This document shows, in pieces, positions 28,814-38,990 of a stretch of DNA of 64,000 nt. Position numbers and translations under genes: made by a program. Source of the stretch: Collinsella sp. (GTDB lineage Bacteria; Actinomycetota; Coriobacteriia; Coriobacteriales; Coriobacteriaceae); NCBI GenBank assembly GCA_019414265.1, contig DXMJ01000008.1:8540-72539 (forward strand). Reading direction: 5' to 3'. The notes beneath the pieces were generated by a model, which was not told where the DNA came from, did not search any database, and saw only the letters and a program-made list of their open reading frames with translations. The stretch's first letter is position 1; each line of letters opens with the position of its first letter.

Positions 28814-30682
28814 CTAAGCGGCGACTTTAGCGCCCTTGTCCTCGTCGATAAAGAAGCGCTTGTACCAAATGAGGAACGTCAGCGTGGTATAGATCTTGCG
28901 CTGGTTGAGCGCGCGACCCTTAAAGTGATCGTCGAGCAGTTTCATGAGCGCATCGGTGTCAAAGAAATCAGCAGCCCACGGCGCGGTGAAGTATTCCTTT
29001 ACGTAGTCGTAATACTTTTGCTCGCGCAGCCAGAACTTGACCGGTACGGGGAAGCCCACCTTCTTGCGCGTTGCCCACTCGTCGGGCAGCGTGCGGTTGG
29101 CAGCGTGACGCAGAACGAGCTTGCAGCCTTCTTCGTTAACACGGTAGTTGGCGGGAATGTGCTCTGCAAACTCCATGACCTTCTTGTCCAGGAACGGGAC
29201 GCGAAGCTCCAGAGAATGCGCCATGCACATTTTGTCGGCCTTGAGCAGAATGTCGCCCGGCAGCCACATGTTCATATCCAGATACTGTTTCTTGGAAAGC
29301 TCGCAGCAGTTGGGAACCTGCTTGTAGTACTCGGCGCACATCTCGGCGGCGTTCTTGCCGGTGTCATAAGCGGGCTTGAGCACCTCGTCGACCTCGGAGG
29401 GATCGAACACCTTTGCCTGACCCACATACCAGCGCTCGGGAACCTCGGCGCATTTCGTCAGGAAGTTGTGGCCCTTAAAGTAGGGGAGATGCTGAACGAG
29501 TGAGCCCAGGGCGCGACGTACGCCGAGCGGCACGCGCTTCTTAAAGGTGCGCATCTCGGGGGTGTCCTCGTACCACTCATAGCCGGCAAACAGTTCGTCG
29601 GCACCCTCGCCCGAAAGGACGACGGTGACCTCCTTGGAAGCCATCTGCGCCAGATAGTACAGCGGCACGCTGGACAGGTTCGATTGCGGCTCGTCCATGT
29701 GGTACTGGATATCGGGCAGTGCATCAAAGAACTCGTCGGCGGTAATCATCTTGCGCACGTTCTTGATGCCCAGCTTGTCGGAAAGCTCGGCGGCGTAGTT
29801 GGTCTCGTTGAAGTTCTTGTAATCGAAGCCGACAGAATACGTGGTGTCGGGCATGAGACAGGCGGCAATGTAGCTGGAGTCCACACCGCCAGAAAGGAAC
29901 GAGCCCACCTTAACATCGGCGATTCGGTGCGCAGCGACGCTTTCGTGCACGACCTTGTCGCACTCGTCCACGTACTCCTCGAAGGTCTTGGAGTTGTCGT
30001 CGGTGAAGTCGCAGCTCCAGTAACGCTTGATGTCCATGGTGTTGGTCGTCAGGTCATACGTAAAGCAATGCGCCGGGGCAAGCTTGAACACGCCCTTAAA
30101 GAAGGTCTCCTCCGTGGCGGGGAATTGCAGCGTCAGGTAGGGGCGCAGCGCGTCGTGGTTGACAGCCTTCTCAAACTTGGGATGGTCCAGGAAGCTCTTG
30201 ATCTCGGAGCCAAACAGCAGCGAGCCATCGGATGCCTGGTAGTAATAGAACGGCTTGATACCAAAGATGTCACGAGCACCAAAGAGTTTGTTCTTGTTCT
30301 GGTCGTGAATTACGAACGCGTACATGCCGCGCAGACGGTTGACCAGGTCCTCGCCCCACTCCTCGTAACCGTGTACCAGGACTTCGGTATCAGCGTTGCA
30401 GTGGAAGGCGTAGCCGGCCGCCTCCAGCTCGGCGCGAAGCTCCTGGAAGTTGTAGATCTCTCCGTTGAAGACAATCGTGACCTTGCCGTCGTCGCTCGAC
30501 ATGGGCTGGGCTCCAGCTTCGGATAGATCGAGAATCGAAAGACGACGAAAACCAAGGGCAACGTTGTCGACGATATGCTGGCCGCCCATATCGGGACCAC
30601 GGTGGATGATGCGATTCATCATGGCCGTGAGAACCAGCTCACTCTGTTCATCTGTACCGGTAAAACCGACAAAACCGCACAT
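28814..30682 (-). CDS. asnB: Glutamine-hydrolysing asparagine synthase family amidotransferase
   Basis: N-terminal MCG, HRGPD, FNGEIYN, FLSGGVDSS, LSGEGADELFAGY and ELRVPFLD motifs. Confidence 0.95.
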   Translation of the reverse strand: MCGFVGFTGTDEQSELVLTAMMNRIIHRGPDMGGQHIVDNVALGFRRLSILDLSEAGAQPMSSDDGKVTIVFNGEIYNFQELRAELEAAGYAFHCNADTEVLVHGYEEWGEDLVNRLRGMYAFVIHDQNKNKLFGARDIFGIKPFYYYQASDGSLLFGSEIKSFLDHPKFEKAVNHDALRPYLTLQFPATEETFFKGVFKLAPAHCFTYDLTTNTMDIKRYWSCDFTDDNSKTFEEYVDECDKVVHESVAAHRIADVKVGSFLSGGVDSSYIAACLMPDTTYSVGFDYKNFNETNYAAELSDKLGIKNVRKMITADEFFDALPDIQYHMDEPQSNLSSVPLYYLAQMASKEVTVVLSGEGADELFAGYEWYEDTPEMRTFKKRVPLGVRRALGSLVQHLPYFKGHNFLTKCAEVPERWYVGQAKVFDPSEVDEVLKPAYDTGKNAAEMCAEYYKQVPNCCELSKKQYLDMNMWLPGDILLKADKMCMAHSLELRVPFLDKKVMEFAEHIPANYRVNEEGCKLVLRHAANRTLPDEWATRKKVGFPVPVKFWLREQKYYDYVKEYFTAPWAADFFDTDALMKLLDDHFKGRALNQRKIYTTLTFLIWYKRFFIDEDKGAKVAA

Positions 30683-31081
30683 GCAAGATCCTTTCTGCTG
30701 ACGGCTCAGGTGTACTGCCGCAAGGATTGCGGCAGCTGATGTCAAATAATCTTTACTATCATGCCAATCTTTTGTTTCGTGATAGGGCATAAGCGCCGAG
30801 CGAACCGAAAAAACCACGTCCCGATCTTCAGGCGAAGCGGCGGGACGTGGTTGCGAACGCTATGTTAAAGAACAGCACCCAGATTTCCTTGTTTTTACAC
30901 GGGGTGAACACCGTTGCCATTTATTAGACCACGGCACAGTCCATGCAATTTTTTAGAAGGCTGTGATGCGCGCAAGGTCAGGTGGCATATTAGGATGGTT
31001 GATAATACAGAATGTTTCATCGTTTCTGCCGCGGGACGCCTTCTGCCCTTTAAGGCTGAATTTAGCGAGAGAGGTCTTTGT

Positions 31082-32599
31082 ATGTCGAGTCCGACACAAG
31101 AGAAGCTAACTCTGATGCGCTATATAGAGTTGCTCGAGGAAGATGACCTTGTTGTTTCCAGACCGAGCGCTTCGTGCGACCAGCGCATTGAGTTTGCGAC
31201 TGATGACTCGCGCCAGGTGCGTCCGGGCACGTTGTTTGTCTGCAAAGGCCGTGCGTTTAAGCGCGAGTACCTGCTTTCGGCAATCGCCGATGGCGCCGTG
31301 GCCTACGTTTCCGAGGTCGATTACGATGTTGATCTTCCCGCGGTGATTGTGAGCGATATTCGTCGCACGCTCGCCGTGGTGGCAGATGCCTTTTATGGGC
31401 ACCCGTCGGGTAAGGTGAAGGTCTGCGCCTTTACAGGCACCAAGGGCAAGTCGACCTGCAGCTTTTATCTGCGCGGCATCCTCGCCAACGAGGCCAAGCT
31501 TACGGGCTGTCATCGACCCGCTCTTAATACGGGCATTGAGTTCGACGACGGCATCGAGACGGGCCCTTCCAAGCTGACGACCCCCGAATCCTTCCTGCTG
31601 CAGTCTCGCATCGCGCATGCTGCGGAGGCGGGTGCCCCGTGGCTGGTTATGGAGGCATCGAGTCAGGGCCTCAAATACGAGCGTACGGGCAAGATTGACT
31701 TTGAAGTCGGCGCCTTTACCAATATCGGCGAGGATCACATTTCGCCGATTGAGCATCCGACGCTCGAGGATTACTTTGCCAGCAAGCTCAAAATCTTCTT
31801 GCAGAGCCGTTTTGCCGTGGTCAATCTCGATATGGATAAGGTCGATCGCGTGCTCGAGGCGGCATCTCGTTGCGAACGTACGGTGACGTTCTCCCTGACC
31901 GACGAGCGTGCCGACGTGCTTGCGCTGGCGATTCGCAATGGCGACTGCGGCGTGGTGGCAACGGTGCGCACGCCCCGTTTTACGCGTGACATTGTGATTC
32001 CCACGCCGGTTAAGTTCAATGTGTCCAACGCGCTTGCCGCTATTGCCTGCGCCGAGGCCCTGGGCATTTCCGAAGAGGGTATCGTCCATGGCTTTGAGGG
32101 CGTCTTCGTTCCCGGTCGTATGGAGCTCTATCCGTCCGTATCGGGCAAAATCCTGGGCATCGTCGATTTTGCACATAACGGCATGAGCCTCGAGACACTC
32201 CTGCGCGACTTGCGCGAGAACTATCCCGAGCGCGAGCTGGCGGTTGTATTTGGCGCTACGGGCGGTAAGGGTGTCGATCGACGCACCACGATGGGCATCG
32301 CCGCTGGCAAGTATGCCGACCGAATCGTGATTACCGAGGATGACCCCGGCCCCGAGGATGTCGAGGACATCTGCGCCGAGATCGCGCGCAACGTTCAAGC
32401 GCAGGGAAATGATAACTGGCAAATCGTGACTGATCGCGTTGCCGCTATCGAGACTGCCGTGCGCGAAACTGTCCGTCCTGCCGTGGTCATCGTGACCGGT
32501 AAGGGCGAGGAAGAGTGTATGCTGCGCAAGAACGGACCCGAGCCTTGTGAGCGCGACGGTTCGATTCTCAAGCGCACCCTTGCGGCGTACGACGCCTAG
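31082..32599 (+). CDS. murE: UDP-MurNAc-tripeptide synthetase (MurE family)
   Basis: DSRQV.PG.LFVC, TGTKGKST, TTPE, MEASS, DHISPIEHP, PGRME and VDFAHN motifs; DDPG in place of DNPR. Confidence 0.9.
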   Translation: MSSPTQEKLTLMRYIELLEEDDLVVSRPSASCDQRIEFATDDSRQVRPGTLFVCKGRAFKREYLLSAIADGAVAYVSEVDYDVDLPAVIVSDIRRTLAVVADAFYGHPSGKVKVCAFTGTKGKSTCSFYLRGILANEAKLTGCHRPALNTGIEFDDGIETGPSKLTTPESFLLQSRIAHAAEAGAPWLVMEASSQGLKYERTGKIDFEVGAFTNIGEDHISPIEHPTLEDYFASKLKIFLQSRFAVVNLDMDKVDRVLEAASRCERTVTFSLTDERADVLALAIRNGDCGVVATVRTPRFTRDIVIPTPVKFNVSNALAAIACAEALGISEEGIVHGFEGVFVPGRMELYPSVSGKILGIVDFAHNGMSLETLLRDLRENYPERELAVVFGATGGKGVDRRTTMGIAAGKYADRIVITEDDPGPEDVEDICAEIARNVQAQGNDNWQIVTDRVAAIETAVRETVRPAVVIVTGKGEEECMLRKNGPEPCERDGSILKRTLAAYDA

Positions 32600-32629
32600 A
32601 CCAGCCCCTTCTATGTAAACGGAGTGACC

Positions 32630-33541
32630 ATGTCCCACAACATCCTGCCGACCGTTGCCGAGCTTTCGGGCGAGGTGCGCGAGCGCCTTGCCAAGGTCAA
32701 GTATGTCTTTACCGATCTGGACGCCACGATGCTCGCCCCCGGCTCGTGTGTACTGCGCGATAACGACGGCAATCCCTCGACCAAGCTCGTCGAGGCGGTT
32801 GTCGCGCTCGCTCGTGCCGGCATCCAGGTGGTCCCCACCTCGGGTCGCAATCGCACCATGATCCATGAGGACGCCCGCGTGCTCGGCCTCAACTCCTACA
32901 TCGGCGAGATGGGCGGCCTGGTCATGTACGACCTCAAGGCCAACGACTGGGAGTACCTGACGGGCGACATGCCCTACGACCCCGCCTGCGGTCTCACGCC
33001 GCACCAGATGATCGAGCAGACCGGCGTGTGCGAGAAGATCCTTGCCCGCTGGCCGCACAAGATCGAATACCACAACGACATGTCGACCGGCTACAAGTAC
33101 CGTGAGGTCACCGTCGGCATGCGCGGCGATGTGCCCGACGATGAGGTCCAGGCCATCCTGGACGAGGCCGGCTGCGGTCTGGTCTGGGCTTGCAACGGCC
33201 ATCTGACTCACCTGTCCAAGCCGACGACGCTCGAGCTTAATCGCGTCGAGGACGGCCGCGCCTTCAACATCAATCCGGCGGGTCTCAACAAAGGCGTTGC
33301 CATTGCGCGCTTCTGCGAGCACCTGGGGATCGAGCGCGAGGAGACGCTTGCGCTCGGCGACTCCGAGTCCGACTTCTACATGGCCGACCATGTTGGCATG
33401 TTCTGCCTGGTCGAGAACGGTCTGACGAGCGCCGGTGCCCCGGAGTTCTTGGACGCCTGCGACAATGCCTATGTAACGCGCGGCAAGATTGTCGATGGTT
33501 GGGCGGCAACGGCCGAGCTGTTGGTCGCGGCCCGTTCGTAG
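32630..33541 (+). CDS. HAD superfamily hydrolase (Cof-like)
   Basis: FTDLDATML, TSGR, NKG and LGDSESD motifs. Confidence 0.85.
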   Translation: MSHNILPTVAELSGEVRERLAKVKYVFTDLDATMLAPGSCVLRDNDGNPSTKLVEAVVALARAGIQVVPTSGRNRTMIHEDARVLGLNSYIGEMGGLVMYDLKANDWEYLTGDMPYDPACGLTPHQMIEQTGVCEKILARWPHKIEYHNDMSTGYKYREVTVGMRGDVPDDEVQAILDEAGCGLVWACNGHLTHLSKPTTLELNRVEDGRAFNINPAGLNKGVAIARFCEHLGIEREETLALGDSESDFYMADHVGMFCLVENGLTSAGAPEFLDACDNAYVTRGKIVDGWAATAELLVAARS

Positions 33542-33592
33542 CGCGACGCATCACGCATGGTCGCATTTTTCGAGAGAGAATCTGGTGAGGTA

Positions 33593-34477
33593 ATGTCCGA
33601 TATCGATAATCTGGCCGGGGACACGCGTCCGATCGGCGTGTTCGACTCGGGCCTGGGCGGCTTAACGGTCGCGCGCGCGATCGCAACGGCGCTTCCGCAC
33701 GAGTCCGTCTACTATTTCGGTGACACAAAGCGCTGCCCTTATGGCACCCGCACCGAGGACGAGGTTCGCTCGTTTGCGCTGCAGGCGGGCCGCTGGCTAT
33801 CGAGGCACGACGTTAAGATCATGGTCATCGCCTGTAACACGGCGACCGCCGCGGCCTTGCGTCTGGCTCAGCAAGTGCTCGACGTTCCCGTGATCGGCGT
33901 GATCGCCCCGGGCGCACGCGCCGCCATCAACAGCACGCGTACGCGCCGCGTGGGCGTGCTCGCCACCAACCTCACCATTCGCTCGGGCGCCTACACGCGC
34001 GCCATCCAGGATTTGGATGCTGGTGTCGATGTGTATGGCTGTCCGGCCTCGAGCTTTGTCGAGGTCGTCGAGCACGAGCTCGCCTCGGGCGCGCACCTGC
34101 AGGAGCAGTGGCTCGAGAACGAGGATATTTTTGATACGCCAGCCGTTCGCGCGCTGGTCGGCGCCACAGTCGAGCCGCTGCACGATCGCGGCATCGATAC
34201 CGTGGTGCTCGGCTGTACGCACTTCCCGCTGCTGGTGGGTCCCATCCGCCATGCGCTGGGACCCGGGGTGCGCGTGGTGAGCTCCGCCGAGGAGACCACC
34301 CGCGAGCTGACCGATATCCTCACGCGCCGTGAGCAGCTGGCGGGCGATACCGCCGAGCCACAGCATCGCTTTGCCACCACGTCTGACAACATTGCCGAGT
34401 TTGCGGTGGCGGGTAGCTTTATCTTTGGCCAGCCGCTTAAAAGCATTGAGCATGTCGATATCGACGAACTCGGTTAG
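33593..34477 (+). CDS. murI: Glutamate racemase
   Basis: FDSGLGGLTV, PYG, IACNTAT and VLGCTHFP motifs. Confidence 0.96.
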   Translation: MSDIDNLAGDTRPIGVFDSGLGGLTVARAIATALPHESVYYFGDTKRCPYGTRTEDEVRSFALQAGRWLSRHDVKIMVIACNTATAAALRLAQQVLDVPVIGVIAPGARAAINSTRTRRVGVLATNLTIRSGAYTRAIQDLDAGVDVYGCPASSFVEVVEHELASGAHLQEQWLENEDIFDTPAVRALVGATVEPLHDRGIDTVVLGCTHFPLLVGPIRHALGPGVRVVSSAEETTRELTDILTRREQLAGDTAEPQHRFATTSDNIAEFAVAGSFIFGQPLKSIEHVDIDELG

Positions 34478-34530
34478 GCTCGCAATGTCGCCGGAGGCTT
34501 CGCCACATCTTTTGCCGAAAGGATAGTTCC

Positions 34531-35256
34531 ATGGAATACATGCAGGTCAACCGCGCCAACGGCCGCGCCGCAAACGAGCTGCGCCCCGTTAAGCTCACCC
34601 GCGGCGTCATGAAGTACGCCCACGGCTCGTGCCTGGCGGAGTTCGGCGACACGCGCGTACTGTGCGCCGCCACCATCGAGGAGGGTGTGCCGGGTTGGCG
34701 CAAGGGCGCCAAGGCCGGCTGGGTAACGGCGGAATATGCGATGCTGCCGGCCTCGACCGGTAAACGCTGCAAGCGCGAGCATGCCAACCGCAAGGGCCGC
34801 TCCATGGAGATCGAGCGGCTTATCGGCCGCAGCCTGCGTACCGTCGTCAACATGAAGGCGCTCGGCGAGTACACCGTTACCGTCGACTGCGATGTGATCC
34901 AGGCCGATGGCGGCACGCGTACGGCGAGCATTACCGGTGCCTGGTTGGCGCTGCACGACGCCCTTGCCATGTGGGTCGAGGCGGGAAAACTCGAGCGCAT
35001 CCCGCTCACGGGCCAGGTTGCCGCCATTTCCATGGGCGTCGTCGACGGCAACACCCTGCTCGACTTGGATTATTCCGAGGACAGCCACGCCGAGGTCGAC
35101 ATGAACCTCGTCGCCACCGATTCCGGTGAGATGATCGAACTCCAGGGTACCGGCGAGCAGGCGCCCTTCGATCGCAAGCGTCTCAACGCCCTACTCGACC
35201 TGGGTGACAAGGGTATCGCCGAGCTCATCGAGCTTCAGCGCCAAGCCCTCGCCTAA
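34531..35256 (+). CDS. rph: Ribonuclease PH
   Basis: GWVTAEYAMLP, EIERLIGRSLR, QADGGTRTASITG and DLDYSEDS motifs. Confidence 0.96.
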   Translation: MEYMQVNRANGRAANELRPVKLTRGVMKYAHGSCLAEFGDTRVLCAATIEEGVPGWRKGAKAGWVTAEYAMLPASTGKRCKREHANRKGRSMEIERLIGRSLRTVVNMKALGEYTVTVDCDVIQADGGTRTASITGAWLALHDALAMWVEAGKLERIPLTGQVAAISMGVVDGNTLLDLDYSEDSHAEVDMNLVATDSGEMIELQGTGEQAPFDRKRLNALLDLGDKGIAELIELQRQALA

Positions 35257-35307
35257 CCTGCCAAAAAGGGACAGGTTTATTTTGGCAGGTTTTATCTGGG
35301 AAAACGT
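35255..35307 (+). repeat. REP-like element of about 53 bp, copy 3 of 3
   Basis: AACCTGCCAAAAAGGGACAGGTTTATTTTGGCAGGTTTTATCTGGGAAAACGT overlapping the rph stop codon. Confidence 0.85.
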
Positions 35308-35402
35308 CGAAGTATAAGACTGCCGTTGATTGAGACGGGAGAGAGGCCGAAGTCCTCGTCGTCCTCAACTCGGCATTGCTATAGAGACAAAGGAGGCCAG
35401 CT

Positions 35403-36044
35403 ATGGCACTTGAGAAGATTGACATCGACACTCTCGACCCGGCGGCGACCATCGTCGTGGCAACCGGCAACGCCCATAAGCTCACCGAGATCGAGGCCAT
35501 TTTGGGCAAGGTCATGCCCGAGGTGCGCTTTGTGGCGCTCGGTCAGCTGGGCGATTTTGAGGACCCCGAGGAAAACGGCACGACGTTTTTGGAGAACGCC
35601 ATCATCAAGGCGCAGGCTGCCGTTGAGGAGACGGGCCTTATGGCCATCGCCGACGATTCTGGCTTGGTCGTCGACGCGCTGGACGGCGAGCCGGGCGTGT
35701 ATAGCGCGCGCTATGCGGGCGTGCATGGCGACGATGCCGCCAACAACGCCAAGCTTCTCGTTAACCTGGAAGGCGTGGCAGACGAGGATCGTACCGCGCG
35801 CTTTATGAGCGTCGTCGCGCTTATCGATACGGACGGCCTGGTCACCTATGGCGAGGGCGCCTGCGAGGGCGTTATCGCGCACGAGGGCCGCGGCGATCAC
35901 GGCTTTGGCTACGACCCGCTGTTCCTGCCGGTCGATACGCCGGGCAAGACCATGGCCGAGCTCACGACGGACGAGAAGAACGCCATCAGCCATCGTTTCC
36001 ATGCGCTCGAGCATCTGTCCGCTAAGCTGACGGGCGAGGAGTAG
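35403..36044 (+). CDS. rdgB: Non-canonical purine NTP pyrophosphatase (RdgB/HAM1)
   Basis: ATGNAHK, ADDSGL, PGVYSARY, GFGYDPLF and KNAISHR motifs. Confidence 0.96.
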   Translation: MALEKIDIDTLDPAATIVVATGNAHKLTEIEAILGKVMPEVRFVALGQLGDFEDPEENGTTFLENAIIKAQAAVEETGLMAIADDSGLVVDALDGEPGVYSARYAGVHGDDAANNAKLLVNLEGVADEDRTARFMSVVALIDTDGLVTYGEGACEGVIAHEGRGDHGFGYDPLFLPVDTPGKTMAELTTDEKNAISHRFHALEHLSAKLTGEE

Positions 36045-36047
36045 GCC

Positions 36048-36494
36048 GTGCGTGCGGTGGTACAGCGCGTGCTCAACGCCGGCGTGACAGTCGACGGCGA
36101 GTGCGTGGGCCGTATTGGACGCGGCTACCTGGTGCTGCTGGGCGTGGGCCACGGCGACACACGCGCCGAAGCCGACAAGCTGTGGGGCAAGCTCCGCGGG
36201 CTGCGTATCAACGAGGATGAGAACGGCAAGACCAACTTGGCGCTGGCGGATGTCGACGGCGAGGTGCTCGTGGTGTCGCAGTTCACGCTGTTTGCCGACT
36301 GCCGCCACGGCCGCCGTCCGTCGTTTACGGACGCCGGCGCGCCCGATGTCGCTAACGAACTTTACGAGTACTTTCTGACACTCGTCGCTCAGGACGTTGA
36401 GCATGTGGCGCACGGTATCTTTGGCGCCGATATGAAGGTCGACCTGGTCAACGACGGTCCGTTCACCATCGTCCTCGACACCGATAGTCTGTAA
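36048..36494 (+). CDS. dtd: D-aminoacyl-tRNA deacylase
   Basis: RAVVQRV, VSQFTL, GRRPSF and NDGPFT motifs. Confidence 0.96.
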   Translation: MRAVVQRVLNAGVTVDGECVGRIGRGYLVLLGVGHGDTRAEADKLWGKLRGLRINEDENGKTNLALADVDGEVLVVSQFTLFADCRHGRRPSFTDAGAPDVANELYEYFLTLVAQDVEHVAHGIFGADMKVDLVNDGPFTIVLDTDSL

Positions 36495-36528
36495 GTAGTC
36501 AATTTGGGACCGGGCTTTTTTAGCTGCT
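36494..36528 (+). repeat. REP-like family B element (other copies at 471-505, 2043-2077 reverse, 54377-54411; partial at 22562-22578 and 49261-49274)
   Basis: AGTAGTCAATTTGGGACCGGGCTTTTTTAGCTGCT. Confidence 0.75.
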
Positions 36529-36624
36529 TGCGTATGGCTGCAACAGGGTGCTATAGTATTAGAGTTTTGTCTATCTTAGGGGTATTATCCCCTTTTTGAA
36601 TTGCACCCTCTGGAGGCCCTATTC

Positions 36625-36921
36625 ATGGAAGAGATGGAAGTCAATCACGTCGACGACATCCACGAGAAGCTGACCGATATGGTGGGCGATCGCGTCAAGG
36701 TTAAGGCCAACATGGGCCGTACCCGCGTCATCGAGCGCATGGGCACCATCAAGAGCGTCCACCCCGCTGTCTTTATCGTTGAGGTTGACGAGCGTCGCGG
36801 CCGCAAATCGCGTCAGTCCTACCAGTACATCGATGTCCTTACCGGCCAGGTCGAACTGTTCGACCCCGAGAGCGGCGAACATATCTTTACCCCGCTCGGC
36901 AACCAGCTCGAGGAGCACTAA
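36625..36921 (+). CDS. veg: Veg family protein
   Basis: G.RVKVKANMGR.R..ER.G.I..VHPAVFIVE...SYQYIDVLT; upstream of ispE as in many Gram-positive bacteria. Confidence 0.85.
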   Translation: MEEMEVNHVDDIHEKLTDMVGDRVKVKANMGRTRVIERMGTIKSVHPAVFIVEVDERRGRKSRQSYQYIDVLTGQVELFDPESGEHIFTPLGNQLEEH

Positions 36922-36923
36922 CG

Positions 36924-37820
36924 GTGACCGATCGGTCCCTCATCCTTACCGCGCCGGCAAAGATTAACCTCTATCTGGGGGTTCATACCGAGCGCGACGC
37001 CCGCGGCTATCACAGGGTCGATTCCCTGATGGCAGCCGTCGGTCTAGCCGATGCCGTGACGGTCACGCCGGCGCAGGCGTTGACCGTCCAGACGGTTCCG
37101 GCATCCGATTTTCCCATGCAAAAAAATACGGCCTATCGGGCGGCAATCGCTATGGCCGAGCGTTACGGTCGCGATGCCAACGTGTGCGTGACGATCGAAA
37201 AGCGTATCCCGCTGTGCGCCGGCCTGGGAGGCCCCTCGACGGATGCCGCTGCGGTCATCGTTGCCTTGGCCGAGCTGTGGGGTATCGACCGTGCCGACCC
37301 CGCGCTCGATGACATCGCTCGCGGTATCGGCGCCGACGTGCCGTTCTTTTTGCACACGAGTCCCGCACTCTACGTCGGCGGGGGAGATGTGCTGGCCACT
37401 GAGTATCCTGTGCTTCCGGCGACACCTGTCGTATTGGTCAAACCGCACGAGACGAGCGTTTCAACGGTTGAAGCGTATCGACGATTTGATGAGAGCCCGG
37501 TGCCCGCGGAAAAACCCGATGCGATTGCTTCTGTCTTACGCGCCGGCGATGCCGAGGCGGCATATGCGCTCGTTCATAACAATCTGGGCGTCATATCCGC
37601 GCAGATGGAGCCGCGGATCCAGGCGGTTCTCGACTGGCTGCGCGCACAGGAGGGAACCGTTGCCGTGGACGTGTGCGGTTCGGGTGCCTGCTCGTTTGCC
37701 ATTTGTGATACCGTCGCTGCAGCAGCCCATCTTGCGGGAGCTGCCCAGCAAAATGGCTGGTGGGCCTGCACGACTGAGCTTATTCCCAACACGGTTCAAA
37801 TCGACGCGCCAAAGAAATAA
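36924..37820 (+). CDS. ispE: 4-diphosphocytidyl-2-C-methyl-D-erythritol kinase
   Basis: APAKINLYL, KRIPLCAGLGGPSTDAAA, GADVPFF and GSG motifs. Confidence 0.93.
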   Translation: MTDRSLILTAPAKINLYLGVHTERDARGYHRVDSLMAAVGLADAVTVTPAQALTVQTVPASDFPMQKNTAYRAAIAMAERYGRDANVCVTIEKRIPLCAGLGGPSTDAAAVIVALAELWGIDRADPALDDIARGIGADVPFFLHTSPALYVGGGDVLATEYPVLPATPVVLVKPHETSVSTVEAYRRFDESPVPAEKPDAIASVLRAGDAEAAYALVHNNLGVISAQMEPRIQAVLDWLRAQEGTVAVDVCGSGACSFAICDTVAAAAHLAGAAQQNGWWACTTELIPNTVQIDAPKK

Positions 37821-37869
37821 AAATTTCTCTAGCACGCGGCGAAAATCTTTGTTACTATAGTCGAGCTAA

Positions 37870-37946
37870 CGGGTTGTGGCTCAGTTTGGTAGAGCACTGC
37901 GTTCGGGACGCAGGGGTCGCTGGTTCAAATCCAGTCAACCCGACCA
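37870..37946 (+). tRNA. tRNA-Pro(CGG)
   Basis: CGGGTTGTGGCTCAGTTTGGTAGAGCACTGCGTTCGGGACGCAGGGGTCGCTGGTTCAAATCCAGTCAACCCGACCA. Confidence 0.95.
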
Positions 37947-37956
37947 GAGCATGAGG

Positions 37957-37985
37957 AGGGACCGCTTCTTGCGGTCCCTTTTTTT
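37957..37985 (+). terminator. Intrinsic terminator after tRNA-Pro
   Basis: AGGGACCGC-TTCTT-GCGGTCCCT followed by a T-run. Confidence 0.8.
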
Positions 37986-38058
37986 AGCTATTGTTGTGAT
38001 ACCGCGGCACCCGCGGTATACTCATTCGAGCTTGTCTCGCTGTATTGTGGAGGTCTAC

Positions 38059-38334
38059 ATGTTTGGACTGAGGGCTCCTGAGCTCATCATTATTCTCATC
38101 GTTGTCTTGATCATCTTCGGGCCTAAGAACCTGCCGAAGCTCGGCAAGTCTCTCGGCTCTACCGTCAAGAATATCCGCGAGGGTATGGAGGGCGACGATA
38201 AGGGCGAAACCAAGCAGGCCGAGGACGTTGTGGTCGAGGAGTCCAAGGAGGACAAGGAGATCGCAGAGCTCGAGGCCAAGCTCGCTGCTGCCAAGAAAAA
38301 GCAGGCAGAGGACAGCGACGCGGACGCAGAGTAG
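38059..38334 (+). CDS. tatA: Twin-arginine translocase TatA/TatE subunit
   Basis: PELIIILIVVLIIFGPKNLPKLGKSLG; GGAGG RBS. Confidence 0.93.
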   Translation: MFGLRAPELIIILIVVLIIFGPKNLPKLGKSLGSTVKNIREGMEGDDKGETKQAEDVVVEESKEDKEIAELEAKLAAAKKKQAEDSDADAE

Positions 38335-38440
38335 TCCCATCCCTTTGGGGTGAGCACCTGACCGGCTTGCCCGCAGGCTAGCCGGTCTTTTTCGTTTTGT
38401 TGACAGTTGATCGTTACATCATAGTTGGGGAGATATCCGT

Positions 38441-38911
38441 ATGGACGCAAGCCAGATCGTACTGACCGCTGAGGGCCGCCAGAAGCTCGTCGAGGAGCTC
38501 GCTTGGCGTGAGGGCGATTACGCCAAGGAGATCGTCGAGGACATCAAGGAAGCCCGCGCGTTCGGCGACCTTTCGGAGAACTCCGAGTACGATGCCGCCA
38601 AGGACAAGCAGGCCCAGAATGCTGCTCGCATTGCCGAGATTCAGGCCATCCTCGCCAACGCTCAGGTTGCTGCCACCACGGGCGATCTGACCGTCTCCAT
38701 CGGTTCCACCGTTTCTCTGATCGATCCCAACGGTGAGGTCATGGAAGTCACGCTCGTCGGTACCACCGAGACCAACTCGCTCGAGCACAAGATCTCCAAC
38801 GAGTCTCCGGTCGGTCACGCCATCATCGGTCACGGCGAGGGCGACTCCGTTGAGGTCGTTACGCCTTCTGGCAAGACTCGCGTCTACACCATCGCCAAGA
38901 TCGCACGCTAG
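38441..38911 (+). CDS. greA: Transcription elongation factor GreA
   Basis: LTAEG, ARAFGDLSENSEYDAAK and ISNESPVG motifs. Confidence 0.96.
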   Translation: MDASQIVLTAEGRQKLVEELAWREGDYAKEIVEDIKEARAFGDLSENSEYDAAKDKQAQNAARIAEIQAILANAQVAATTGDLTVSIGSTVSLIDPNGEVMEVTLVGTTETNSLEHKISNESPVGHAIIGHGEGDSVEVVTPSGKTRVYTIAKIAR

Positions 38912-38990
38912 ACCACGGTCCCGCGTAAAGGTATGTTTTCGCTCCCTGGGACCGAATCCTGGGGAGCGTTTTAGTTTGAGGAGCTAACTT

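Noticed and set aside
37876..38058. N-terminal extension of TatA in the ORF track
   Set aside because: It overlaps tRNA-Pro and its terminator; the real start is ATG 38059 after GGAGG.
38912..38990. T-box leader for lysS (also considered for cysS)
   Set aside because: Intergenic spaces are too short and lack the T-box consensus.
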